Assembly: GCA_963711735.1 (NCBI GenBank)
Contig: CAVQFA010000004.1
Coordinates: forward strand, 4,872-68,871
Length of the DNA: 64,000 nucleotides
Source of the DNA: Candidatus Gottesmanbacteria bacterium
GTDB lineage: Bacteria; Patescibacteriota; Microgenomatia; UBA10105; UBA927
Direction of reading: 5' to 3'
Shown here: positions 1 through 9,263 of the stretch, piece by piece
Position numbering within the stretch: position 1 is the first letter of the stretch
Layout of the letters: each line of letters starts with the position of its first letter
The notes under the pieces: model-generated
The model's input: the letters and a program-made list of their open reading frames with translations, nothing else
What the model was told of the DNA's origin: nothing
The model's database searches: none
Translations under genes and position numbers: made by a program

Positions 1-497
1 TTTGGAATGACAATGAGCGTGTCTACTTTATCCTTAAGTTCCATAATACCCTCTTCAGCATTCACCATTCTTCTTGCCCCCTCAAAATGAAACGGTTTGG
101 TGACAACCGCTACTGTCAAAGCTCCCGTATCTTTTGCAAGCTGTGCGATAATCGGTGTTGCACCCGTTCCTGTTCCTCCGCCTTCTCCGCATGTGAGAAA
201 TACCATGTCCGAATCATGCAGAAATTCCTTGATTTTTTCCTTTGATTCTTCTGCCGCCTGTTTTCCGATCTCGGGATTTCCGCCGGCTCCGAGCCCGCGT
301 GTTAAATTATCACCGATCTGAATTTTATTGGGTGCCTGGGACAATAGAAGTGCCTGTGCATCAGTGTTTATTCCGACGAAATCGACACCTGCAATCTGAT
401 TTAAGGAAATCATGGAATTGATGGCGTTGCATCCACCGCCTCCTATCCCTATAACTTTAATCTTTGCGAATTTAGCAATATCTGGTTTAATAAGCAT
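1..497 (-). CDS. ftsZ: Cell division GTPase FtsZ, 5' part (runs off the window start)
   Basis: Manual translation from ATG at 497 gives [29 protein letters not shown]..., then GAGGNPEIG and GEGGGTGTG tubulin-like motifs; directly downstream of ftsA. Confidence 0.97.
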   Translation of the reverse strand, partial: MLIKPDIAKFAKIKVIGIGGGGCNAINSMISLNQIAGVDFVGINTDAQALLLSQAPNKIQIGDNLTRGLGAGGNPEIGKQAAEESKEKIKEFLHDSDMVFLTCGEGGGTGTGATPIIAQLAKDTGALTVAVVTKPFHFEGARRMVNAEEGIMELKDKVDTLIVIP

Positions 498-608
498 ATA
501 AAAATTATTGGACAGTATTTTTATCCAGTATAACAATATAACACATTTGCATTATTATAGTGTTATAAGGTTATGTTGGTAGAAGTTCTGGGCAGAAGTA
601 AATACTTT

Positions 609-1913
609 TTACGGCATTAATGACTTTACCAGATCTATAACCTTTCCCGCAATACCCTTCACCTGAATCTGATCTTTGAATTTTCCGAAATTCGAAAATA
701 ATGATACGCTTTCTCCTCTGTCAACCTTTGATCCGTAAAGAAGAAGCCCTGTGCATACTGCATAAGATGGCGTCATGATCTCATCGATCAGTCCCGAAAT
801 GTGTTTCGGAATTCCGATGTGTACCGGCATTGCTAAATTTTTTCTGGCAGCTTCTCCTGCACCTACCGTAAGAGAACCTCCTCCGGTTATAACAACACCG
901 GACGGAGTCATGCCTCCGAATCCGCTCCGTTTAATCTCAAGTCCGACCATGGTAAAAATTTCATTCAGTCTGGGTTTGATAATCCCTTCTATCAATGTTT
1001 TTTTTGATACGGACCGCATCTCTTCAGGGAGACCTAAGCGTGATAAATCTATCTCATCATCCTTATCCCCTTTCACGACCTTCGGGAGATGTGTATCCTG
1101 CACGGGAAGGCTTGGAAAATTCTGGCTTTCTGACAGAAATAGTTTTATTTTTTCTGCACTTTCCAAAGAGATTCTTAAACCTGCTGCCAAATCCTTTGTA
1201 ATATTTATGGCACCGATTGGAATGACCGATGAATATGACAAAGCCCCTTCTATAAAAACTGCAACATCCGTTGTCCCTCCGCCTATATCTATAACTACTA
1301 CACCAAGCTCTTTCTCAGTATCGCTTATTGACGATGCGGCAGATGCAAGTCCGGAAAATACAATCCCTGATACTTCAACTCCCAACTCTTCGACACACTT
1401 ATGTAAATTCCGTACTGCTGTGGCCCCTCCCGTTACAAGATGCGTATCTACTTCAAGACGAACGCCGCTCATACCGATCGGATCCATAATTCCTTCCTGA
1501 CCGTCAACAACATAGCCGCGCGGGAGAACATGAATAATCTCCCGTGAGGACGGTAACGAAACAGCTTTCGCTGCATCAATGACCCGTCGTACGTCTGCAT
1601 CAATTATCTCTTTATCAGGTTCGGAAACAGCAACAACACCATGAGAATTTATAGAGGAAATATGATTCCCCCCTACGGAAACATATGCCCTTGTTACCTG
1701 TGTACCTGCCATGCGTTCTGCTGATTCCAGAGATGATGAAATTGCTGCGGTTGCTTCCTCAATATTGACAACCTGGCCTTTCCGTATGCCTTTACTCACT
1801 ACTGTGGATACACCGATCACGCGGGCTTCGTCATCTTCGGTGATGGTAGCAATAATCGTTGATATTTTTGAAGTGCCAATATCTATCCCGGAAATGATTC
1901 GGTCTCGTGCCAT
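609..1913 (-). CDS. ftsA: Cell division protein FtsA
   Basis: 434 aa; GIDIGTSK, VIDIGGGTTD and VVITGGGS actin-ATPase motifs; C-terminal amphipathic helix; between ftsQ and ftsZ. Confidence 0.97.
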   Translation of the reverse strand: MARDRIISGIDIGTSKISTIIATITEDDEARVIGVSTVVSKGIRKGQVVNIEEATAAISSSLESAERMAGTQVTRAYVSVGGNHISSINSHGVVAVSEPDKEIIDADVRRVIDAAKAVSLPSSREIIHVLPRGYVVDGQEGIMDPIGMSGVRLEVDTHLVTGGATAVRNLHKCVEELGVEVSGIVFSGLASAASSISDTEKELGVVVIDIGGGTTDVAVFIEGALSYSSVIPIGAINITKDLAAGLRISLESAEKIKLFLSESQNFPSLPVQDTHLPKVVKGDKDDEIDLSRLGLPEEMRSVSKKTLIEGIIKPRLNEIFTMVGLEIKRSGFGGMTPSGVVITGGGSLTVGAGEAARKNLAMPVHIGIPKHISGLIDEIMTPSYAVCTGLLLYGSKVDRGESVSLFSNFGKFKDQIQVKGIAGKVIDLVKSLMP

Positions 1914-1916
1914 ACG

Positions 1917-2645
1917 TTACATTTCGACAACTGGTTTGGCAAACCGGAGATTAATACGTGCCGGTGTTGTCCCTTTCATTCTAAACCGATTCATGATTGT
2001 TTGTAAAGTAGTGACAATACCTGGAATATCCGCGTCATGAGCAATAAATATGTCTGATTTACCCAGTTTAAATTGATAATACTCTCTATCCCGTATTGTA
2101 AGTTCTGTTATGTTTTCCCCCGCATTAAATAACGCACGGATAAGCGTAAGACCGTGAACACATTGTATATCCGTAATTTTCTGATTGACAACAATCGGCA
2201 CAGTACATCCGTACAAAATCGGTTTTATATCCACTGGTTTGCTTTCCTGATAAGAAGACAAGACAAATCCTGTCTCGTCAACCATCGCATATCCGTTTTC
2301 GTAAGCAACGGATGCCATGGGAGTTTTGGAAACGAGGTCCAAAACAAGGGTACCCGGATATTTTTTATATATTTCTACTTGTGATAATTCCGGATGAGCA
2401 AAACGAATTTCATTCGCAATTGATGAAGTTGCGATAAACGGTAATAGTGTTCCTAATTTTTTTGGATCGATTGAAATTTTTATATCCGAACCGATGATTT
2501 CAATCCGGCGGATACGAAACAATGTCTGTGTTATGAGTACCAAAGAATATAATCCTGCTGCAACACAAACCAATGAAATAAAAATACGAAAAGTCCAAAG
2601 ACGGTATACCCTATTCCGTAGTACGTTACTTCCTGATGTATTCAT
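1917..2645 (-). CDS. ftsQ: FtsQ/DivIB-like cell division protein
   Basis: 242 aa; N-terminal TM helix, POTRA-like segment (KKYPGTLVL), C-terminal INLRFAKPVV; position between murG and ftsA. Confidence 0.8.
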   Translation of the reverse strand: MNTSGSNVLRNRVYRLWTFRIFISLVCVAAGLYSLVLITQTLFRIRRIEIIGSDIKISIDPKKLGTLLPFIATSSIANEIRFAHPELSQVEIYKKYPGTLVLDLVSKTPMASVAYENGYAMVDETGFVLSSYQESKPVDIKPILYGCTVPIVVNQKITDIQCVHGLTLIRALFNAGENITELTIRDREYYQFKLGKSDIFIAHDADIPGIVTTLQTIMNRFRMKGTTPARINLRFAKPVVEM

Positions 2646-2654
2646 GGGATTACA

Positions 2655-3785
2655 CTAGCTGATAAGTTTTTGAATTTGCTCAACGACACTCTCTGCTGCG
2701 TGTATAGAACGGGAAATCGAAGGGTGTTTTTCAGTTTTAACATTTGCCGTATCCAAAGATAAAACAGACTGAATAGCTTCAAGAAGCGTCTGCGAAGTTG
2801 CTTTTTCCTGGGGTAAAACTATTGCAGTACCGTAATCACTGAGAAATTCTGCGTTTTTCTGCTGTTCTTCTTTCGAACTCCATGGTAACGGTATGAGAAC
2901 CGATGGTCTTCCTACAACACCCAATTCAAATACGGTGTTTGCTCCTGATCTGGCGATGACTACCCGGCAATGGTGTAAATACCACGCATGATCATCGGAA
3001 TCGATATAGGAATAGACATGATACCGTTTTTGTTTTTCTTTTGAAAGAGTATTTTTAAATGCTAGGGCGTGCTCCTCCCATTTTCTGCCGACCTGATGAA
3101 CGACATCAAACGTATCCGTGAGTTCCGGTACAATCTGATAAATAAGTTCATTTATGAACATCGATCCCGTTGTACCGCCGAGAATATAGATAAAATTCGA
3201 ACTATTTAAAGTAGTATTTTGTATCTGTGATGGCGGTGAAAGAATGGAGCTTCTGATCGGAAGACCGGTAAATACAACCTTATTTTTCGGGAAATATCGC
3301 GCAACTGAAGTATCCACAACATACACGTTCCGCGCAAGGAGCGATATAAATCTGTTCGCTTTTCCGGAGGTAAATGTTTGTTCATGCGTGACGATAGGAA
3401 TACGTAAGAAGTATGCGGCAACAGCGATGGGAACGGCTACATACCCGCCGAATGTCAGAACGACATGGGGGTGAATTTTACGAAGACGGATTATACTCTG
3501 GATGACACTTTTTACCAGTATCGCCCCTGCGATGAACCCGGAAAAAACAGAAAATTCTGTTGACCGAACTGCCTGTATAGGGAGAAATCGGACATGAAGT
3601 GTATTCATTACGCGCTCTTCTTCAGACACTACCGTATCACCCCTAAATGTATGTGTTCTTCCTGTAAAATATATCTGCCAATCAGGATATTTATTCTGCA
3701 TGCATTCTATAACAGCAACTGCCGGAGAAAGATGTCCTCCTGTTATGAGAACGCGCATGCTATTCTGTTTTGACGTTTTATCCAT
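2655..3785 (-). CDS. murG: Lipid II GlcNAc transferase MurG (GT28)
   Basis: GGHLSPA, FGGYVAVP, HEQT, GLPIR, RSGANT and EQQKNA motifs. Confidence 0.95.
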   Translation of the reverse strand: MDKTSKQNSMRVLITGGHLSPAVAVIECMQNKYPDWQIYFTGRTHTFRGDTVVSEEERVMNTLHVRFLPIQAVRSTEFSVFSGFIAGAILVKSVIQSIIRLRKIHPHVVLTFGGYVAVPIAVAAYFLRIPIVTHEQTFTSGKANRFISLLARNVYVVDTSVARYFPKNKVVFTGLPIRSSILSPPSQIQNTTLNSSNFIYILGGTTGSMFINELIYQIVPELTDTFDVVHQVGRKWEEHALAFKNTLSKEKQKRYHVYSYIDSDDHAWYLHHCRVVIARSGANTVFELGVVGRPSVLIPLPWSSKEEQQKNAEFLSDYGTAIVLPQEKATSQTLLEAIQSVLSLDTANVKTEKHPSISRSIHAAESVVEQIQKLIS

Positions 3786-4893
3786 AATCGGTATATCTGC
3801 TGATATTTAAAACAAGTCCGAATGCAGCAAGCATAACAACAAGATTTGATCCCCCGTATGATATAAGCGGTAATGGTATGCCGGTCATAGGTAGTATAGA
3901 TACTATAGCACCTATATTACAGACGGATTGAAATCCAAACCAAACCATGACACCGCCTGCGATAAGTGAACCGAACCGATCTCCGGTATGCATGGAAATT
4001 CTTGCAAGCCGGTTGATAATGACGATAAAAATCAAAATAACAAACACAGACCCGACAAATCCGGTCTCTTCGGAAATGATTGCAAATATAGAATCAGTAT
4101 TTGCTTCCGGCAGATATTCATATTTCTGACGGGATTTCCCAAGACCCACACCAGTTACTCCGCCTGACCCGACTGCAATCAGTGCCTGTCGTACCTGATA
4201 TGAGGCGCCCTGCGGATCCGACTCCGGATTTATGAAAGACACGAGACGTTTCACCCTATATGGCGACACGAGACTTAAAACAATAATTGCCGTTATTCCA
4301 AGAGGAATCAAAATTGCCATATACCGCAAACGTGCACCGGATATAAAGTACATAAATACCGATATGCTTCCGAGAATGATTGCTGTTCCCAAATCCGGTT
4401 CCAGAACTATAAGTCCGACCATAACAGCGAGAAAAAAAAGGAATGCCACAAAATGTTTTTTTTCGGGATTGGACAACCATGCAGCAAGATAGATAACAGC
4501 AGTTAACTTTGCAAGTTCTGCTGACTGAAAAACATGTGTACCGATACGTATCCATCTGAATGCTCCGTATGCCCGCACACCAAGTCCGGGTATAAATACG
4601 GCGATTAATAACCCGATAGTTATAAAAAGGAGAGGAATCGCGAGTATCCGTATTTTTCTGTAGTCAATGAATACTCCTGCCAAGAAGACCGTTATTCCTA
4701 TTGCAAACCAACGGGCCTGCTCACGGACATAATAAAGAGGATCCTGAAAATCACGAATAGCAAGTACTACAGAGGAATTATACACCATGAGCAAACCGAA
4801 CAACGCAAGAAAGATAACCGATAAAAAAAGTACAACATCCGGAATTCCTTTCTTTTTTATTTTACCGATATGTCGTACGTGCGTTGGTAACAT
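3778..4893 (-). CDS. ftsW: SEDS peptidoglycan polymerase FtsW (ORF track extends to 4932; ATG at 4893 preferred)
   Basis: Polytopic membrane protein; RWI..QSAELAK, EPDLGT, LPEANTDSIF, GIPLPLISYGGS; a -10-like TACAAT lies 13 nt upstream of ATG 4893. Confidence 0.95.
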   Translation of the reverse strand: MLPTHVRHIGKIKKKGIPDVVLFLSVIFLALFGLLMVYNSSVVLAIRDFQDPLYYVREQARWFAIGITVFLAGVFIDYRKIRILAIPLLFITIGLLIAVFIPGLGVRAYGAFRWIRIGTHVFQSAELAKLTAVIYLAAWLSNPEKKHFVAFLFFLAVMVGLIVLEPDLGTAIILGSISVFMYFISGARLRYMAILIPLGITAIIVLSLVSPYRVKRLVSFINPESDPQGASYQVRQALIAVGSGGVTGVGLGKSRQKYEYLPEANTDSIFAIISEETGFVGSVFVILIFIVIINRLARISMHTGDRFGSLIAGGVMVWFGFQSVCNIGAIVSILPMTGIPLPLISYGGSNLVVMLAAFGLVLNISRYTDYG

Positions 4894-4925
4894 ACAATGT
4901 ATTTCTATTGTACGGGGTACATCTG

Positions 4926-5720
4926 TCAGCAATCAATGTGATTTACCGATATAGGCCTTGCTAACAGCTTGGACGCTATACGCGTAACGTGTGTCGCGCT
5001 TCCTGTGGTATAGAGACGGTGTTTCGGAGGTGTTTCTGATACTCGAAGGTCATTATTATGTTCTAAAATCCGCTTCGTATGCCGCGCAACCGCTTCTCCG
5101 CTATCGAGAAGACGCACATTTTTTCCTATGATGGATTGGATTTCACGTATGATAAACGGATAGTGTGTACATCCAAGCGCTATGATATCTATAGTACTTT
5201 TTTTTACGGGTGATAAAAGCTTGGATAATTCCTCATGTATAACCCGTCCGCTCACGGTGCCGTCCTCTATGAGGGTAACCAGATTCGGACACCCTATGGT
5301 AGTTACATGGCGATCTTTAGCGTACTGTTTGATTAAATCAGTATGATATGAACTTTTTGCAGTAAATTCCGTTGTCAGTACGGCAAAATGACCTGTTTTT
5401 GTATCATGTGCGGCAGTTTTTACTACGGGTACTACGCCGATTATAGGAAGCTTCGGAAAAGTTTTCCGGTATTTATCTATACCGGCAACGGTTGCAGTAT
5501 TGCACGCAATGACTGCGAGTTTGACGTTCTGACTGGTGAACCATCGTAATATGGCAATTATGCGTTTACGGATAAATGATGCACCCTTATTACCATACGG
5601 AACATATGCATGATCTCCTACATAAAGCGTTGATTCATGAGGCAGAAGGACGGTTATATCTTTCCATACGGATAAACCGCCCAAACCTGAATCTATAATA
5701 CCAATGGGTGAATCAGACAT
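4926..5720 (-). CDS. murI: Glutamate racemase
   Basis: DSGLGG, PYG, ACNTA and GCTHY motifs; both catalytic cysteines present. Confidence 0.96.
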   Translation of the reverse strand: MSDSPIGIIDSGLGGLSVWKDITVLLPHESTLYVGDHAYVPYGNKGASFIRKRIIAILRWFTSQNVKLAVIACNTATVAGIDKYRKTFPKLPIIGVVPVVKTAAHDTKTGHFAVLTTEFTAKSSYHTDLIKQYAKDRHVTTIGCPNLVTLIEDGTVSGRVIHEELSKLLSPVKKSTIDIIALGCTHYPFIIREIQSIIGKNVRLLDSGEAVARHTKRILEHNNDLRVSETPPKHRLYTTGSATHVTRIASKLLARPISVNHIDC

Positions 5721-5745
5721 ATTTTTACGGTAATTACGGCTTTTC

Positions 5746-6792
5746 TTATACTGACGGGGTTTTCAGTAATGCCAACAATAACCCGAACATTGCAAGAACT
5801 ATCGCTAAAATCCAAAACCGCATGACGATTTTAGGTTCCTCCCACCCGTAATATTGCAGCCACAAATGTAAAGGTGCAGCCGCAAATACCTTTTTACCAA
5901 GATATTTTTTCGACATAAGCTGTATAAAAGATGACAGAACTTCTGCGATATATAGTCCTCCGATGACAAGGAGTATCGGTGCTTTACCCAGAACTAGCGC
6001 AACGACCGCAAGCGTTGCGCCAAACGATAAAGATCCTACATCACCCAAAAATATACGTGCGGGGTATACGTTGAAATACAGGAAAGCGATGATTGAGCCC
6101 AACCATAGTGCTATAAACACTGAAAGAGGTGTATCAAGTATAGATGCAGAAACGATTGAGAAAGCCGCAAGTGCAATCATGAGTATTCCGGATGCCAGAC
6201 CGTCCAATCCGTCAGTTATGTTAAATGCGTTGGAGAACGCAATGATGACAAATACCGCAAACGGAATGAATAACCACCCCATATGGAGAACTCCGATGAA
6301 CGGTATATAAAAAATGGATATTTTTAAATCAAAAAATAACCAGCCGGCGACTATACACGCAAGTACAATTTCCAATAATAATTTATGTCTGAGTTTGAGG
6401 CCGAGAAAACCGGTCTGCGCCCAAACAAAAGTTTTTTTCATGTCATCCAGAAGCCCGAGCATTCCGAATCCGATAAAAGTAAATAAAATAATTTTTATTT
6501 CATGGAACATTGGGTATACCGAAGTCACCGGTATCCAAAAATACCTCATGATGAGCAGACACACGGGAAGGAGTACGCTTGTCAGAGCAATTATAAGAAT
6601 GCCTCCTCCTACCGGTGTCCCTGCTTTTTTACTGTGAAATTTATCGAATATGGGGGTTCTTTTATTAAATGCATCCAATGTTATCTGCTTCATTCTCTGA
6701 AACCGCCAGTGGTATAGTATCCGGATAAACGGAATGAAAAGTATTGAACTCAAAATCCACGATAATAATAAGATAATAAGTAATCCGGCCAT
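5746..6792 (-). CDS. mraY: Phospho-N-acetylmuramoyl-peptide transferase MraY (variant loop-E motif)
   Basis: KAGTPVGGG, LLDDMKK, NAFNITDGLDGL, FLGDVGS; PLHLWLQ where PxHHHxE is canonical. Confidence 0.92.
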   Translation of the reverse strand: MAGLLIILLLSWILSSILFIPFIRILYHWRFQRMKQITLDAFNKRTPIFDKFHSKKAGTPVGGGILIIALTSVLLPVCLLIMRYFWIPVTSVYPMFHEIKIILFTFIGFGMLGLLDDMKKTFVWAQTGFLGLKLRHKLLLEIVLACIVAGWLFFDLKISIFYIPFIGVLHMGWLFIPFAVFVIIAFSNAFNITDGLDGLASGILMIALAAFSIVSASILDTPLSVFIALWLGSIIAFLYFNVYPARIFLGDVGSLSFGATLAVVALVLGKAPILLVIGGLYIAEVLSSFIQLMSKKYLGKKVFAAAPLHLWLQYYGWEEPKIVMRFWILAIVLAMFGLLLALLKTPSV

Positions 6793-6799
6793 ACAATTA

Positions 6800-7177
6800 T
6801 TATGATCCGCTGAAACGGGCTATGAAACGGGGTAAAAATATACTGAACGCAACAACAATTGCGCCTACTGCGACTATAAGCATCATACCTGCGGATACGT
6901 CTTTTGCAACTTTCGCATCTTCACTGTATTCCTTCCGGATCAGATCAGTCATCGCCTCCATGCTCGTGTTTATCATCTCAACTGTTAAACCGAGAAGAAT
7001 GGTAAAAATAATTATTAAAAATTCTACAGGTGTAATTCGGAAATACACACTGAGTACCATCGCGAGCGCTGACAGTACAAAATGCACGCGGAAATTGGGT
7101 TGGGTCCGTAAAGCCCACTTTAATCCATCCAATGCATGAATAAATGATATTGTATGTTTTCGGAAAACTTCTTTCAT
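6800..7177 (-). CDS. dgkA: DgkA-family diacylglycerol/undecaprenol kinase
   Basis: SF.HAL.G, QPNFRVH, EMINTSME, AKDVSAG; three TM helices; adjacent to mraY. Confidence 0.9.
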   Translation of the reverse strand: MKEVFRKHTISFIHALDGLKWALRTQPNFRVHFVLSALAMVLSVYFRITPVEFLIIIFTILLGLTVEMINTSMEAMTDLIRKEYSEDAKVAKDVSAGMMLIVAVGAIVVAFSIFLPRFIARFSGS

Positions 7178-7182
7178 ACGAT

Positions 7183-7524
7183 TCAGGAACGTATAAGAGA
7201 TCGTAATACAGCAAGTAATACACCGTATAAAAGTGAGCCGAGAATTGCGCTTCCAAACCCCCGTATATCAAATCCGGGCGTGAGAACGGATGTCAGTAAA
7301 AAAAGCAGAGCGTTGATGATAAGAATAAATAATCCGAAAGTAATGATTGTAATTGGTAAGGATATAATTACCAATAAAGGTTTAATACCTATATTTACGA
7401 TACCCATGATGACAACTGCTATTAGAGCGCTCCCAAAACCATCTAGAATAACACCGGGAATGATACGGGAAACCATATAGAGGGCAAGACCCGAAAGAAT
7501 CCACTGAACCACTATATCAACCAT
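7183..7524 (-). CDS. YvlD / 4-TMS phage-holin-like membrane protein
   Basis: 113 aa hydrophobic protein with LPITIITFGLF..INALL and repeated GFGSAL/GFGSAI motifs. Confidence 0.85.
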   Translation of the reverse strand: MVDIVVQWILSGLALYMVSRIIPGVILDGFGSALIAVVIMGIVNIGIKPLLVIISLPITIITFGLFILIINALLFLLTSVLTPGFDIRGFGSAILGSLLYGVLLAVLRSLIRS

Positions 7525-7620
7525 ATAGACTCTATTGTATCATTCCTTGGGAAATTCATCACAACAAGTGTTAACAATACCATACGTATGATAAAGGCCG
7601 TATAAAAGAGGCTACTTAAT

Positions 7621-8259
7621 TTAAATTTCGTGGCTATGTTTTTCCCTTCCGATCGTTGTAGTATCTCCGTGTCCGGGATACACAACGGTATTTTCAGGAA
7701 GCATAAACAGATTCTGTATAGATATGTTCATCCGATCAGATCTGCTATAAGAAAAATCTGTTCTTCCCACTCCCCCTTGGGCAAAAAGCGTATCTCCCGA
7801 AAGAAGTATTGACTGTGTTGGACAGTATAAACAAATACTGCCCGGTGTATGTCCGGGTGTATGAATAACTGAAAATGCATTTGCGTTAAGACGGATTGTC
7901 ATATGGGGCTTTAGAGGCAGAAAATCAGGAGGCGGTGGGTCAATCACCGGCATTCCTAAAAAATGCTCTGCACTTTCTCTCATTCGCTCTGTCAGGAATT
8001 TATCATCAGGATGGATCATAAACGGAATTGCATAAGCTGACATGAGTTCAAATGCTGACATAATATGATCAAAATGACCGTGAGTCGCAATGATACCTAA
8101 AGGGTGAAGGGAATATGTCTGAATTTTCCCGGCAATATACTCTCCGTCATCACCGGGGTCTATGATGTACGCGTTACCGGTTGACGAATCCGAAATGATA
8201 TAACAATTTGTCTGATAGCTGCCGACGGGGAATGTTTTGATGTCGATTGTTCCGCCCAT
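7621..8259 (-). CDS. MBL-fold metallo-hydrolase (glyoxalase II/YcbL-like)
   Basis: TNCY, IDPG, THGHFDH (HxHxDH), TPGHTPGS, SGDTLF, GRTD, PGHG. Confidence 0.92.
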   Translation of the reverse strand: MGGTIDIKTFPVGSYQTNCYIISDSSTGNAYIIDPGDDGEYIAGKIQTYSLHPLGIIATHGHFDHIMSAFELMSAYAIPFMIHPDDKFLTERMRESAEHFLGMPVIDPPPPDFLPLKPHMTIRLNANAFSVIHTPGHTPGSICLYCPTQSILLSGDTLFAQGGVGRTDFSYSRSDRMNISIQNLFMLPENTVVYPGHGDTTTIGREKHSHEI

Positions 8260-8267
8260 GGGGTATA

Positions 8268-9251
8268 TTATAGTTTTCCCGCAGTAAGTATCGTTATCAT
8301 TATGCCCTGACCACCCGTTTCGATAATTCCGATACCCAGATACCGATATTTGGGAAACAATATATTTGACGTAAAATCCGGAATTGTTGAGAGATTTGCA
8401 ATCGCGGAATATATGGTCGGTGCAAAAACGACAATATCACTCATGTCATCCGTCCGAATATCGCTGCCTATTGAATTTTCTTTAAACAACCTGCTATTTA
8501 TGTCTATATGAGATACCGATCCACTCAGAAGCATTGATCTCGAATGTATCCGTGCAATTTTTTGCAGAGTGGGATTTACTTCAATTTTTGGCTGGGCATT
8601 ATGCAATCTTTCGTTAGCAATATACGTATATAAAATATTTTCCGAATTTGCGTCCTCCAGTAAATTCCATTCCTGTACGCGAAACGGAATAGCCATACTT
8701 TGATGTTCATTAGGACCTAATGCTAACATGACCGGTTTTTTGTTCTCTTCATGGGATATGCGGTGTATGACAGGGCTGTATTTTGATCCGTAGAATATCA
8801 TGAGCTGTGATAACCTGGATGACTGGAGCGAATCGGATAATACACCGTCAAACGGAAGGATAAGGAGCGTCAGTTCAACAAAACCTATGATAATTATTGT
8901 CTGCGGAATGGACACGACAATCCCGAAAATTCTGTCCCATATGTGCCTGATATGGTTTTTAAAAAGTGGTTGAATAATGAGAAGAAAAACAGACAATAAA
9001 AGAGGGGTTATAAGCACCAAAACGAGAAATCCAATACCCGATGACAATGATGCAGTTATACCTGTATATCGTGTTATAAATTCGCCGACAACCCGATGAT
9101 ATGAAAGTGCCGTGATTCCAGCGATCATTGACGCTGTAATTCCCATTGTCAGTTCTATAGCACCGATCTGCCAACCTTCAAGAGCAAAAGCGAGAAATGC
9201 AAAAATAATAAGGATATCAATCCAATTTAAACCCCAGACAGAAATATCCAT
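8268..9251 (-). CDS. CvpA-family membrane domain fused to a degenerate CAP/SCP domain
   Basis: N-terminal NWIDILII..G...G and DRIFG CvpA pattern; C-terminal NER..L..IARIHSRSM and NIL..Y..LGIG CAP-like pattern. Confidence 0.7.
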   Translation of the reverse strand: MDISVWGLNWIDILIIFAFLAFALEGWQIGAIELTMGITASMIAGITALSYHRVVGEFITRYTGITASLSSGIGFLVLVLITPLLLSVFLLIIQPLFKNHIRHIWDRIFGIVVSIPQTIIIIGFVELTLLILPFDGVLSDSLQSSRLSQLMIFYGSKYSPVIHRISHEENKKPVMLALGPNEHQSMAIPFRVQEWNLLEDANSENILYTYIANERLHNAQPKIEVNPTLQKIARIHSRSMLLSGSVSHIDINSRLFKENSIGSDIRTDDMSDIVVFAPTIYSAIANLSTIPDFTSNILFPKYRYLGIGIIETGGQGIMITILTAGKL

Positions 9252-9263
9252 ATTAATTACATA

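Noticed and set aside
775-1500. 241-aa plus-strand ORF
   Set aside because: Fully antisense to ftsA with no recognisable motifs; a codon-symmetry shadow
7183-7524. Holin-like gene as a sign of a prophage
   Set aside because: No endolysin, integrase or structural genes; YvlD-like proteins are common chromosomal genes
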